Under the pieces are notes generated by a model. The model searched no databases, was not told the DNA's origin, and was given only the letters and a program-made list of their open reading frames with translations. DNA of 64,000 nt from Chloroflexota bacterium (GTDB taxonomy: Bacteria > Chloroflexota > UBA6077 > FW602-bin22 > JBCLEL01), in assembly GCA_965220775.1 (NCBI GenBank), contig OZ244845.1, positions 1,683,034 through 1,747,033 of the forward strand, written 5' to 3'. The translations under genes were made by a program, and so were the position numbers. Shown here one piece after another: positions 1-9,759 of this stretch; within the stretch, counting starts at the first letter, position 1; each line of letters begins with the position of its first letter.

Positions 1-270
1 CCAACCCCAGCCGGTGTTCACGAATAGGTCCAGGTTGCCCCCACTGATTCGGATGGCCATAGCCAGGCCGACCAAGATCGTGACGACCGCGCTGATGCCA
101 AGCACCCGTCCTATCACGCGCGCGATTATATGCATCACCGGGCGCTGATAGTCGGGGCCCAACTCTCGCAGACGCCGTCCTAGCATTAGAATGACAGACA
201 GTGCGGCACCGGCCCATAATACGCCAAAGCCTATGTGGAGAATCCGCATCACTACCATCTCAAAATTCAT
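1..270 (-). CDS. hypothetical membrane protein (3' part runs off the window)
   Basis: Manual reverse-strand translation from ATG at 270-268 gives MNFEMVVMRILHIGFGVLWAGAALSVILML..., hydrophobic and open to position 1. Divergent from cobT. Not in the ORF track because it is edge-truncated. Confidence 0.4.
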   Translation of the reverse strand, partial: MNFEMVVMRILHIGFGVLWAGAALSVILMLGRRLRELGPDYQRPVMHIIARVIGRVLGISAVVTILVGLAMAIRISGGNLDLFVNTGWGW

Positions 271-417
271 CGACTCTCATTCCTCCCACCTATATTCGGT
301 CAAGGACCCTTGGTCTCAATCCGCTCCCTGATGCGGCGGAAACCGCGTTGGTGACGGATTGTTTCGCTTCACTCACAATAATTATCCTATACCATATTTC
401 GAGGCAAAAGGTGAGGA

Positions 418-1506
418 TTGTCCAGAGGAGCTATGAACGGCGAACAAGAGTTTCTGAACGATTTGGTGACCTCTATCCGGCCGCTGGATCGAGCGGTGAT
501 GGCCGCCGCAAGACAGCGTCAAGATAATCTCACCAAGCCGGCTGGCAGCCTCGGCCGGCTGGAGGAGTTGGCGATCTGGCTGGCCGGAGTCACCGGCGAG
601 TTGACCCCGGCGACCGAGCCGCGCACCGTAATCGTGATGGCCGGCGATCACGGCGTCACAAGTGAGGGCGTCAGCGCCTACCCGTCGGAGGTCACACCCC
701 AGATGGTGATGAACTTCCTTGGCGGAGGTGCTGCTATCAATGTGCTGGCAGGTCAGGCCCGGGCCAGAGTCTTGGTCGTAGACCTCGGCGTGGCGACCGA
801 AATGGGTGAGGTGTCTGGGCTGGTGGCTCGCAAAGTCGGTCCCGGCACCGCGAACATCGCCGTCGGACCGGCTATGAGCCGGCCGCAGGCTCTGAAGGCG
901 CTCAGGATTGGCGCCGAGTTGGCCGAATCGGAGATTGCAGCCGGCGCGCGGCTGCTGGCAACCGGCGAGATGGGCATAGGCAATACTACTCCCGCAAGCG
1001 CATTGATCTGTGCGCTAACCGACACCGCGCCAGAGGTTATTGTGGGGCGCGGCACCGGCTTGGATGATGCCGGTCTAGCGCACAAGCGGAAGGTCGTCGG
1101 TAGAGCATTAGCCTCAAACCGGTCCGCGTTGACCGATCCGGTCGATGCGTTGGGCGCTATTGGTGGCTACGAGATCGCCGGAATGGTTGGGTCGATTCTG
1201 GCCGGCGCTGCCAGACGCCGGCCGGTCGTGTTGGACGGTTTCATCGCAGGCGCTGCCGCGTTAGTTGCCGCGAGGATTGCTCCGGCCGCCCGAAACTATA
1301 TGGTGGCCGGTCATCTATCGGCGGAGCCGGGCCACCTCGTCGCGTTGAGTGCGCTGGATTTGCAACCTCTACTTAACCTCAACTTGCGGCTAGGTGAAGG
1401 AACCGGCGCCGTTCTCGCCCTCCATCTTATCGACGCTGCAACGCGTATTATGGCCGAAATGGCCACCTTTTCAGAGGCAAGTATCAGTAGAGCAGTCGAG
1501 CTCTGA
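418..1506 (+). CDS. cobT: nicotinate-nucleotide--dimethylbenzimidazole phosphoribosyltransferase
   Basis: 362-aa ORF with a GEMGIGNTT motif and CobT-like layout. First gene of a tightly packed B12 cluster. TTG start at 418; the ATG at 433 is an alternative start. Confidence 0.9.
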   Translation: MSRGAMNGEQEFLNDLVTSIRPLDRAVMAAARQRQDNLTKPAGSLGRLEELAIWLAGVTGELTPATEPRTVIVMAGDHGVTSEGVSAYPSEVTPQMVMNFLGGGAAINVLAGQARARVLVVDLGVATEMGEVSGLVARKVGPGTANIAVGPAMSRPQALKALRIGAELAESEIAAGARLLATGEMGIGNTTPASALICALTDTAPEVIVGRGTGLDDAGLAHKRKVVGRALASNRSALTDPVDALGAIGGYEIAGMVGSILAGAARRRPVVLDGFIAGAAALVAARIAPAARNYMVAGHLSAEPGHLVALSALDLQPLLNLNLRLGEGTGAVLALHLIDAATRIMAEMATFSEASISRAVEL

Positions 1507-1512
1507 AGTCAG

Positions 1513-2313
1513 ATGCGACCACCGAGAACTGGATTTATCGGTTCTTTCAGCCTATTTCGCTCGTTGGTGGTCGCACTGCAATTCCTCACCTTGTTTCCAG
1601 TCCGAGCTCGTGGGCCGTTGGCATCAGGAGAGTTGGGACGATCTCTCATCTTTTTTCCCGTGATCGGCGCTGTGATTGGTGGGATTATGGCGCTGGTCGG
1701 CTCTACGCTAACGACGATCGCACCACCCTTATTGACGGCCGCCATTATCGTTGCGCTAGGTCTGGTCCTTACCGGCGTATTGCATTTCGATGGGCTTCTC
1801 GACACGGTAGACGGACTCTTCGGAGGCGTTCATATAGAGGATCGACTGGCGATCATGCGCGACAGTCGCGTCGGCAGCTTTGCTTTGGCGGCCGGCATTT
1901 GCGATGTGCTGTTTAGGTTAGTGACAGTTAACATATTGGTCGATGTCGGCGCGTTGGGCGGCCTTTTAATGGCCGCAACTGGCTCTAGATTCGCGATGGT
2001 CTATGCGGTTGTTGCGTTTAAGCCGGCCCGCGACTCTGGCTTCAGCTCCGACTTCAGGGTCGGCACGAACCCCTTGACGGTCGTCCTGGCGGCCCTGATA
2101 ACGTTGGTCGTGGGATACGCGGCTGTTGGGCCGGCAAGTTTGGCCCTGATGGCCTGCGCTTTCACGTTGACTCACTTTGCCGGCATGCTCGCCGTCAACA
2201 AGGTCGGTGGCCTTACTGGGGATGTATATGGCGCTGTCAACGAGATCGTCGAGGTTGGAATCCTCATAGCGCTGGCGCTCTGGTGGCCGTCAGTTTCAGG
2301 TCTTCTAGGCTAA
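1513..2313 (+). CDS. cobS: adenosylcobinamide-GDP ribazoletransferase (cobalamin synthase)
   Basis: 266-aa polytopic membrane ORF with a CobS-like N-terminus (LQFLTLFP). Lies 6 bp after cobT. Confidence 0.85.
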   Translation: MRPPRTGFIGSFSLFRSLVVALQFLTLFPVRARGPLASGELGRSLIFFPVIGAVIGGIMALVGSTLTTIAPPLLTAAIIVALGLVLTGVLHFDGLLDTVDGLFGGVHIEDRLAIMRDSRVGSFALAAGICDVLFRLVTVNILVDVGALGGLLMAATGSRFAMVYAVVAFKPARDSGFSSDFRVGTNPLTVVLAALITLVVGYAAVGPASLALMACAFTLTHFAGMLAVNKVGGLTGDVYGAVNEIVEVGILIALALWWPSVSGLLG

Positions 2314-2339
2314 TGTCTTCAGAACGGAGATGACCCGGT

Positions 2340-3362
2340 TTGAAAGAGGCTTCGTCTTACGCGCATCGTTCGATGGTGCTGCTGCTTGCGCTGGCGTTCG
2401 ATTGGATATGGCGCGAGCCGCCTGCTTGGGCGCATCCGGTCGTTTGGCTCGGAAAGCTAGTCGACCTTCTGGTGCCGGCCAAGAGCTCAACATCGGTGAC
2501 TGACCGGGACCGCATCGCCCAGGTCTTCCAAGGCGCCTTCATTTGGGCACTGACCGTGCTCACCGCCTATCTCAGTGCGCGAATCGTCGAACTGGCAATC
2601 CGGCGGCTGCCGGGGCCATTGGGACTGCTGGCCGGCGCGATTGTGTTGAAGCCGGCCTTTGCAGTGCAGGGCCTCGTCGAGGCATCAGCGATCGTCGAGA
2701 CTCGTCTCCACGCCGGCGATATGGCCGGCGCACGTGCCTCGCTAACCACTTTGGTCAGTCGCGATGTTGCCGCGCTGGACCAGCCCCTGGTAGCCGCCGG
2801 CGCTATAGAATCACTCGCCGAAAACCTGAACGACTCGTTCGTAGCGCCGGCCAGCTACTTTCTAGTCTTCGGCCTACCCGGCGCATTTGCCTATCGAGCC
2901 GCCAACACGCTCGACTCGATGATCGGCTATCGGGGACGGTACGAGTATCTGGGTAAAATCTCCGCTCGAGCAGATGATCTCGCCAATCTGGTTACCTCCC
3001 GAATGACCGCCGTTCTGATCGTCGGAGCGGCGGCGCTCAATCGCTTGGACTGGCCCAAATCTCTGCTAATCTCCCTACGCGACCATCGACTGACGGCAAG
3101 CCCTAATGCCGGCTGGCCGATGGCCGCGATGGCGGGCGCGTTAAATGTGCAGCTAGAGAAGCCGGACGACTACCGGCTCGGTGCTGAGTTCGGTCGACCG
3201 GAGCCGGCCGACATCAACCGAGCCGCCCGGGTCGCCCGATCGGCCGTCTGGCTTTGTTGGGCGTTGGCCGCCGTAGCTGCCCTCGCTTTCAGGCTCGGCA
3301 AGCTCTTTCGCGTGAATTCGCCGCTTAGTACCAAGGCCGCGGGAGTGGCAAGGCGTGGGTGA
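2340..3362 (+). CDS. cbiB: adenosylcobinamide-phosphate synthase
   Basis: 340-aa membrane ORF with a CbiB/CobD-family signature (REPPAWAHPVVWLGKLV). TTG start. Sits in B12 gene context. Confidence 0.85.
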   Translation: MKEASSYAHRSMVLLLALAFDWIWREPPAWAHPVVWLGKLVDLLVPAKSSTSVTDRDRIAQVFQGAFIWALTVLTAYLSARIVELAIRRLPGPLGLLAGAIVLKPAFAVQGLVEASAIVETRLHAGDMAGARASLTTLVSRDVAALDQPLVAAGAIESLAENLNDSFVAPASYFLVFGLPGAFAYRAANTLDSMIGYRGRYEYLGKISARADDLANLVTSRMTAVLIVGAAALNRLDWPKSLLISLRDHRLTASPNAGWPMAAMAGALNVQLEKPDDYRLGAEFGRPEPADINRAARVARSAVWLCWALAAVAALAFRLGKLFRVNSPLSTKAAGVARRG

Positions 3363-4434
3363 GGACGGCATCGGACCCGGCCCGGTCCATCATGGCAGCA
3401 TCAGCGAGGCTGAGCTGACAACTTACGGACTGACTATCGACCAGGTTATCGATTTCAGCGTAAACACTCACCCGCTTGGCCCCTCGGAAAACGTGCGTGC
3501 CGCTCTCGCTGGTCTATCCATAGATCGCTATCCGGAAGACGGAACACCCAGGCTCCGCCAAGTACTTGCCGATCGGCAAGCGAGACCGCCCGATTGGATC
3601 GCTGCCGGCAACGGCTCTATCGACCTGATTTGGCAGTTGGCGCTCGCATCACTGGCGCCGGGAAAAAAGGCTCTCGTTGTAGGACCTACTTTCGGCGAAT
3701 ATCAGCGGGCGATCCGGGCAGCCGGCGGACAGCCGGTGATTTATTGCGCTGATAGATCCTGCGATTTCTCTCCCGATCTGGCGGATGTGATCCGGATTGC
3801 CGATGAAGAACGGCCTTCGCTTATATTTATCTGCAATCCGAATAACCCGACCGGCCATCTGCTCTCCAGCGCCCAGCTTGCAAGAATTGTTGAAGCGGCG
3901 CCGACGGCCCGATTGGTCGTCGATGAGGCATACATGTCTTTCGTCGATTCAGCAATGTCCGCGTCGGCCGACATTGCTCTGTTAGTAGAGGCCGGCCGAG
4001 CGGTAATTCTGCGCTCGCTGACTAAGGATTGCGCGATCGCCGGCCTGCGCTTGGGTTACGCCGTCGCACGACCGGAGATCATCAGTGCGCTGGACGCTGT
4101 GCGACCGCCTTGGAACGTGAACGCGGCCGCAGTCGCCGCCGGTCTGGCCGCGCTGTCCGATGGCGATCACCTGGCCCGAGGCAGGGCAGTCGTAGTAGAG
4201 GCTCGGTCATACCTGACTAACGAATTGAGCCGGCTTGGATACAAGGTCTGGCCGTCCGTAGCCAATTTCTTAATGGTCGAGGTCGGCGATGGTGCCGGCC
4301 TGCGCCACCGGCTTATAAGGCGCGGACTGGTCGTCCGCGACTGCGCTTCCTTTGGCCTGCCCGAATGCATCCGCATAGGAATGAAGCCGCTGGCAGATTG
4401 TCGGCGACTGATCGAGGCCCTGGTCGATGCCTGA
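3355..4434 (+). CDS. cobD: threonine-phosphate decarboxylase (class I/II aminotransferase fold)
   Basis: 359-aa ORF with an NPNNPTG motif and a PLP aminotransferase-like sequence. Overlaps cbiB by 8 bp and cobQ by 8 bp. Confidence 0.8.
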   Translation: MGEDGIGPGPVHHGSISEAELTTYGLTIDQVIDFSVNTHPLGPSENVRAALAGLSIDRYPEDGTPRLRQVLADRQARPPDWIAAGNGSIDLIWQLALASLAPGKKALVVGPTFGEYQRAIRAAGGQPVIYCADRSCDFSPDLADVIRIADEERPSLIFICNPNNPTGHLLSSAQLARIVEAAPTARLVVDEAYMSFVDSAMSASADIALLVEAGRAVILRSLTKDCAIAGLRLGYAVARPEIISALDAVRPPWNVNAAAVAAGLAALSDGDHLARGRAVVVEARSYLTNELSRLGYKVWPSVANFLMVEVGDGAGLRHRLIRRGLVVRDCASFGLPECIRIGMKPLADCRRLIEALVDA

Positions 4435-5983
4435 AACACCCGTCCTGATGGTCCAAGGTACTGCCTCCGGCGTCGGCAAGAGCCTGATAGTGACCGGCCT
4501 CTGTCGTCTTCTCCACCAGATGGGTCACAGGGTCGCGCCGTTCAAGGCGCAGAATATGTCGAACAATTCCTTCGTCACCGCCGACGGATACGAAATCGCG
4601 CGATCGACCGCGGTGCAGGCTGAGGCAGCCTGCATAGAGCCGACTCAGTACATGAATCCCCTGCTGCTAAAGCCGGAGGCCGATAGCAGCTCGCAGGTGG
4701 TTGTCTTGGGAAGACCGATCGGCTCTCTCTCTGCTCGCGGCTACTACCGACGCAAAATAGACCTGTGGCCAAAGGTTACCGAGGCATTGGCCCGACTCCG
4801 GGGCGAGTTCGACGTAATAGTCGCCGAAGGCGCCGGCAGCCCAGCCGAGATCAATCTCCGCGAACACGACGTGGTGAACATGCGTCTCGCCCTTCATGCC
4901 GGGGCGTCGGTATTGTTGGTCGGAGATATTGACCGGGGAGGCATCTTCGCGCAGCTTCTGGGAACACTGGACCTGCTGAGCAGTGAAGAGCGAGGGCTCG
5001 TTCAAGGGCTTGTAGTCAACCGGTTCCGCGGAGACCCATCGCTTTTCGACGACGGTGTGGACATCCTCGAGCGTCGATCCGGCAAGCCAGTAATCGGTGT
5101 AGTGCCCTATGTGCCCGATCTCGCAATAGCCCAGGAGGACTCGGTCGGCCTCGAGGACCGGCGCTCTCTCGCCGGCCCGACTCGTCCGGATGCCAATAAA
5201 CTCGACATTATCGTCATTCGACTACCGCGCATCTCCAACTTCGACGACTTCGATCCATTGGATCGCGAGCCCGGCGTCCAAGTGCGTTACGTCGATTCTC
5301 CTCGGTCGTTTGGCCGCCCCGACCTGGTCATCTTGCCCGGCACCAAGACGACGGTGAGCGATCTGAACGCCATCCGAGCCAATGGACTTGCCGGCGCAAT
5401 AGTCGCTGCCGCCTCGGCCGGAGTTCCAGTCATAGGCATTTGTGGCGGTTACCAAATGCTCGGCCGGCTTATCCGCGATCCGCTGACAGCGGAATCATCG
5501 GAGCCGATGGTCGAAGGACTGGCCCTATTACCTGTTGAGACCGTCTTTTCCCATGAGAAGCGGACCACCAGGGCTCAGGCCCGCGTCGTTGCCCGGAAAG
5601 GCCCCCTGGCCGGTGCCCACGGCAAACCAATCGCCGGCTACGAAATACACATGGGACGTTCGACTGGTGCCGGTGAGGCGCCCTTTCAGATCACTCGCCG
5701 GCTGGACCGCCCGGTCGATGAGCCGGATGGCGCGTCTGCAAGCGACGGGCTCGTCACGGGTACCTACCTGCATGGCCTGTTCGCGAACGAGCCGATTCGG
5801 CGCAGCATACTGAACTGGCTCCGGTCATCCAGACCAATGCCGGCACCGACCAAACTGGCGCAGGCCGTCGATCCCTACGATCGCTGGGCCGACGTGCTGC
5901 GCCGAACGTTGGACTTGGAGCAGATCAATCAGTTCATTGAGGAACTGGGTGTGAACCCTCGAGATCACAGTGGCGGCAGGTAA
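4427..5983 (+). CDS. cobQ: cobyric acid synthase
   Basis: 518-aa ORF. N-terminal MVQGTASGVGKS P-loop, and a C-terminal glutamine amidotransferase-like GICGGYQMLG. Confidence 0.9.
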   Translation: MPETPVLMVQGTASGVGKSLIVTGLCRLLHQMGHRVAPFKAQNMSNNSFVTADGYEIARSTAVQAEAACIEPTQYMNPLLLKPEADSSSQVVVLGRPIGSLSARGYYRRKIDLWPKVTEALARLRGEFDVIVAEGAGSPAEINLREHDVVNMRLALHAGASVLLVGDIDRGGIFAQLLGTLDLLSSEERGLVQGLVVNRFRGDPSLFDDGVDILERRSGKPVIGVVPYVPDLAIAQEDSVGLEDRRSLAGPTRPDANKLDIIVIRLPRISNFDDFDPLDREPGVQVRYVDSPRSFGRPDLVILPGTKTTVSDLNAIRANGLAGAIVAAASAGVPVIGICGGYQMLGRLIRDPLTAESSEPMVEGLALLPVETVFSHEKRTTRAQARVVARKGPLAGAHGKPIAGYEIHMGRSTGAGEAPFQITRRLDRPVDEPDGASASDGLVTGTYLHGLFANEPIRRSILNWLRSSRPMPAPTKLAQAVDPYDRWADVLRRTLDLEQINQFIEELGVNPRDHSGGR

Positions 5984-6004
5984 ACGCACTCGTCGTCAGA
6001 TTGC

Positions 6005-6435
6005 CACGAAAATCGATGGTTCCCGTCACGCCCCCAGGCCCCGGCCAAAACTGTAGCGCGTGAGGTAGTCTCACGCTTGATCCCCGTCACGCCCGTGGGT
6101 CGCGGCCAATCCAGCGAGCCCGGTCATTCCGGCGAAAGCCGGAATCCAGGGGAGGCATGGGTCGTCCATTTACACGCGAACTCCTCCACCAATCAGCGCC
6201 CCTAATTTTCATACCGTGGTGTGCCGGTGGCAACCGGCACGGGCGATTGCAACGAAAATGCGCTTAAGCGGTTTTCGAGTGCCCAACGAACCCCTCCATT
6301 CGTCATTCCCGCGAAGGCGGGAATCCAGAGGGGAAGGGTGGCACCAACCACACCCAAACACCTCCAACGACCAGGTCTCATTTTCATACCTTGGTGTGCC
6401 GGCGGTGGCCGGCATGGGCGATTGCAACGGAACTG
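6005..6435. repeat. intergenic cluster of short palindromic modules (cluster R1)
   Basis: Contains tgtagcgcGTGAGgtagtCTCACgc, gtcattCCGGCgaaaGCCGGaatccagggga, ttttcataccgtggtGTGCCGGTggcaACCGGCACgggcgattg, and a second copy of each of the latter two. The same modules recur at 8 other loci in the window. Confidence 0.85.
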
Positions 6436-6647
6436 ACAAGAGCCGTGAGTCATCAGACTAAGATTGATCCCGGCAGGACATTGGGCCAGTGTCAGATCCC
6501 CAAGGCCACGAGTGAACTGCAATTCGCCCGGATAAATTCCTGATTCGTTCTGCGCCGCGTCGCTGGCATCGCTTGACAACGTGCAGTGCTGTCTCGACAA
6601 TGGCGCCCGTTGGCGGCGTGTCCTTCTGTTGCGCTTGGCAGAAAGGA

Positions 6648-6923
6648 ATGGCTTTGCGGTCGCTGTTGGCGCTACTATCCGGACTGCTGATTCTATCGAC
6701 TGCTTGCCTGGCTCCGGCATCCGCGCCTGGTCCAACCGAAGTGCCTCCGACTCCCATTTCCGCACCGGCTCCAACGGAAGCGCCTGCATTGAATGCGACA
6801 GTGACACCCTCTCCTGCCAACGAATACCAAGATTCCGATTGCCCGTGCGAAGCCGACAACAGCTTCCACAGACGCCCCAGCACCGTGTACCAACACGCCG
6901 ATGCCGTTGTCTACGCCGGATGA
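6648..6923 (+). CDS. small putative lipoprotein, possibly a truncated gene
   Basis: An internal Met of ORF 6573..6923 gives MALRSLLALLSGLLILSTAC (a lipobox-like signal), then a Pro/Thr-rich linker and a DCPC motif, then an early stop. The 5' part of the ORF lies next to repeat DNA. Confidence 0.3.
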   Translation: MALRSLLALLSGLLILSTACLAPASAPGPTEVPPTPISAPAPTEAPALNATVTPSPANEYQDSDCPCEADNSFHRRPSTVYQHADAVVYAG

Positions 6924-7027
6924 ATCGGCTAAATGAACCGGAGGAAATGCGCTATCCCAGAGCGTCAAAATCGAGGACGTACTGGGGAATTCTGTCTCAA
7001 ACGCTAACTTAAACTAGGAGCAACGTT

Positions 7028-7825
7028 GTGTTATCCAGGGAACAGCTAGCTTTCTTCGAAACGTTCGGGTTTCTTGTAGTGCCACAAGCATTTGTACACA
7101 AGGAGACGGCCGCAATCAGTCAGGAGTTCGATAGGATACTTGAGCGCGACCGGCGGGGAGAACCCTTTTCTGAGACGAAGCGACAGGTGATTTACGGGTT
7201 CTACGAGAAAAGTCCTTTACTGATGGCCTTGCTGGACGATGACCGTATCTACGAAGCGGCCGGGCAGTTGTTAGGGCCGGGATTCTCTTGGTTGGTCTCG
7301 GAGGGAAACCTATTTGTCGGGGATACGCGGTGGCATCCGGACGGCACGAGGCTGGATTTTGCTCCGCTCAAGATAACGATGTACCTTGACGACCTCACCT
7401 CCGACACAGGTTGTCTTCGGGTGATTCCAGGTTCGCATTGCCTGCCCTTTCACGAAGACCTCAAGCCGTCGCCAACGCACGACCGACCGAGGAGCTACGA
7501 CAAATTCGGAGTGAGTGGGACCGCAGTGCCTTCCTTTCCGCTGGAGACGCAACCCGGCGACCTTATATTCCTGAACATGAACCTCTGGCATGCAGCCTTT
7601 GGTGGCCGGCCCGGCCGTCGTCAGCTATCGGTAATCTTCACCCCAGAGCCCAGCACCCAACAACATGTTGAGATTATGCGGCGGAACTACGAGCACAACA
7701 TAGCGGAAATCGGCAGGTATCAATGGTCTCCGCCTGGCCCAATCATTGATGACGCGCTCTTGACCAGTGAAAGTCCTCGGGTGCGCGGACTCGTGTCAAA
7801 GTGGATCGAGCTTGGACTGAAGTAG
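7028..7825 (+). CDS. phytanoyl-CoA dioxygenase (PhyH) family Fe(II)/2-oxoglutarate oxygenase
   Basis: 265-aa ORF. WHPDG (HxD) and a distal LWHAAFGG histidine are typical of the PhyH family. GTG start. Confidence 0.8.
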   Translation: MLSREQLAFFETFGFLVVPQAFVHKETAAISQEFDRILERDRRGEPFSETKRQVIYGFYEKSPLLMALLDDDRIYEAAGQLLGPGFSWLVSEGNLFVGDTRWHPDGTRLDFAPLKITMYLDDLTSDTGCLRVIPGSHCLPFHEDLKPSPTHDRPRSYDKFGVSGTAVPSFPLETQPGDLIFLNMNLWHAAFGGRPGRRQLSVIFTPEPSTQQHVEIMRRNYEHNIAEIGRYQWSPPGPIIDDALLTSESPRVRGLVSKWIELGLK

Positions 7826-8039
7826 ATAATAGGCCTATCCCACAGACTAACAGAATTAGGCGCCGCTGCCGGGTCAGAGCACCGAATCGTCGGACCTTAA
7901 CTATTGGAGAGCCAGTTGATCGTCCTACTGGAGGAGTGCTGTAACTGTTCAGACTTAGGCGGACCGGTCTTGCGAGCTTATTGCAATAATAATAGGCGAC
8001 TCCCGTCGCGCCCGCGAGTCCTGTCATTGCCATTAAATT

Positions 8040-8680
8040 AGGTTCCCGCCATTCGCTGCGTCATACCTTTCCCCCACGCGGTCTTTGGTACGAAAATGGT
8101 GTTACGCGGCCTCAAGTACGCCTGAATGCCACCGGCCCCCGCTTCGTCATTCCGGCCCCCCTCTTCGTCATTCCGGCGATCGAAAGCATGCCCCGTACCC
8201 CGATACGGGGCCGGAATCCAGAGGGGAGGGGTGGCACCTATGACACCCAAAGACCTCCAACGACCAAGCGTCATTTTCATACCTTGGTGTGCCGGCGGCA
8301 TCCGGCATGAGCGATTGGTAGGGGAATGAATTCCGGCACCGGCCGGCGACACCAACCGCCGTCGCCCGAACAACGACAGCCCAGGGCCCCAAGAGAAATG
8401 TAGCGCTGGGGCTTGTCCCCAGCTCAGGGCGCGACGGCAGTTCGCCCCCGTTGCACTGCCCACCGCCGTCCCATTTTCATCCCCTTATGTGGCCTTCGCA
8501 AGGCCATAGGTGATTCCGGCGAAAGCATGCCCTGTACCCCGATACGGGGCCGGAATCCAGAAGGGGAGGGGAGAGACAAGACCGCCATACGACAGTAAGA
8601 GACCCGGCGTCCCAGCATTCTCATCCTCTTATGTGGCCTTCGCGAGGCCGTGGTGAACGCCGGCAAAAATCCGGACACGA
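8040..8680. repeat. intergenic cluster of short palindromic modules (cluster R2)
   Basis: Carries these modules: cgtcattccggc; gcatgCCCCGTAccccgaTACGGGGccggaatccag (twice); ttttcataccttggtgtgccggcggcatccggcatgagcgattg; tgtagcGCTGGGGcttgtCCCCAGC; and attttcatcc(c/t)cttatgTGGCCTTcgcAAGGCCA (twice). Confidence 0.85.
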
Positions 8681-8841
8681 AATCGAGTGACTGATGAGGA
8701 CCAATTACACGCGAGCTTAAAGCCCGTGACGGATTTGTTCGTACACTGACACACGTGCGCTATTATGGCTGATACTTGCCGCAAAACCGATTACTGGTGG
8801 ACCAGGATGACCGACAGGATAGGTCCTGGACGTGAGATACG

Positions 8842-9759
8842 ATGCAAGACTTCGTTGCTTACTTCAACGGTGAATGGCTTCCTCACAGCGAGTGTAAGCT
8901 GCACATAGACGACCGTGGCGTCCGTTTGGGCGACGCAGTCTATGATGTAGAACGTACCTTTGATGGCAAGATCTTCGACCTCGAAGGCCACATTGACCGA
9001 TTCTATCGGTCGCTTGGATACGTGCGGATCGATCCCGGCCTGACCAAAGAGGAGATGGCGGAGATCACTCTCGAAGTCGTGAGACGTAACGATCATCTGC
9101 GCACCGCCGGCAACGACTTCATGGTCCGCCAAATAGTTACCGGAGGATCAGCTTGGTCTGTAGCGGATCGTAACCAACCCAACGTGTACGTTGGGGCCGG
9201 CTATCTGAACTTCAAGCGCTTCGCTCATCTGTACGAACAAGGGTGTCACGTCGTCTTCGCTCGAACCCGCGCCTATCATCCCACCTCAGTTGACCCCAAA
9301 GTGAAGCACTATAGCCGTCTGAATTTCGTTCTGGCAGAGCTGGAGGCCATTGACGTAGATCCTGGGGCGTGGCCTGTTCTCCTTGATCATGATGGGAACA
9401 TCTCCGAAGGCACTACTTTCAACTTCGGTCTGGTAAAGGACGGCATCATATATACCGCCGGCGACCGCAATGCTCTTCAAGGGATATCTCAGAACGTGAT
9501 AAGGAGGCTGGCCCAAGATCTGGGAATACAAGCAGTCGAAGGTGAGCTGCAGCCTTACGATGCTTATTCTGCCGACGAAGCGTTCGTGTTGGCCTCGAGC
9601 TATTGCCTGCTACCCGTGTCCAAAGTGGACAATCGGCCGTTGAAGGCCGAGACTCCAGGCCCTGTCGTAAGACGCTTGCTCCAAGCGTGGAGCGAACTGG
9701 TAGGTGTCGATATCGTCGAACAGGCGCGACAACAGGCCGGGATCAGTGCCCCGGCTTAG
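8842..9759 (+). CDS. class IV aminotransferase (branched-chain / D-amino-acid aminotransferase family)
   Basis: 305-aa ORF with a typical class-IV N-terminus (FNGEWLPHSECKLHIDDRGVRLGDAVYDVERTFDGKIF). Confidence 0.8.
   Translation: MQDFVAYFNGEWLPHSECKLHIDDRGVRLGDAVYDVERTFDGKIFDLEGHIDRFYRSLGYVRIDPGLTKEEMAEITLEVVRRNDHLRTAGNDFMVRQIVTGGSAWSVADRNQPNVYVGAGYLNFKRFAHLYEQGCHVVFARTRAYHPTSVDPKVKHYSRLNFVLAELEAIDVDPGAWPVLLDHDGNISEGTTFNFGLVKDGIIYTAGDRNALQGISQNVIRRLAQDLGIQAVEGELQPYDAYSADEAFVLASSYCLLPVSKVDNRPLKAETPGPVVRRLLQAWSELVGVDIVEQARQQAGISAPA

Noticed and set aside
271-417. Cobalamin riboswitch in the cobT leader
   Set aside because: I could not find a B12-box-like core or the expected multi-stem GC-rich pattern by eye, and the region is short and shared with a divergent promoter. 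It remains untested (see finding).
6202-6807. 201-aa minus-strand ORF, plus several 70-140-aa ORFs at 6209-6883
   Set aside because: They run through palindromic repeat cluster R1 and are antisense to the small lipoprotein ORF. Peptides such as IPAFAGMTNGG are the stereotyped translation of repeat module (a).
8038-8678. ORFs 8038..8463, 8126..8329, 8168..8392, 8424..8678
   Set aside because: They lie entirely inside repeat cluster R2. The sequences are translations of hairpin modules (FIPWCAGGIRHERL, APYRGTGHAFDRRNDE) in multiple overlapping frames.
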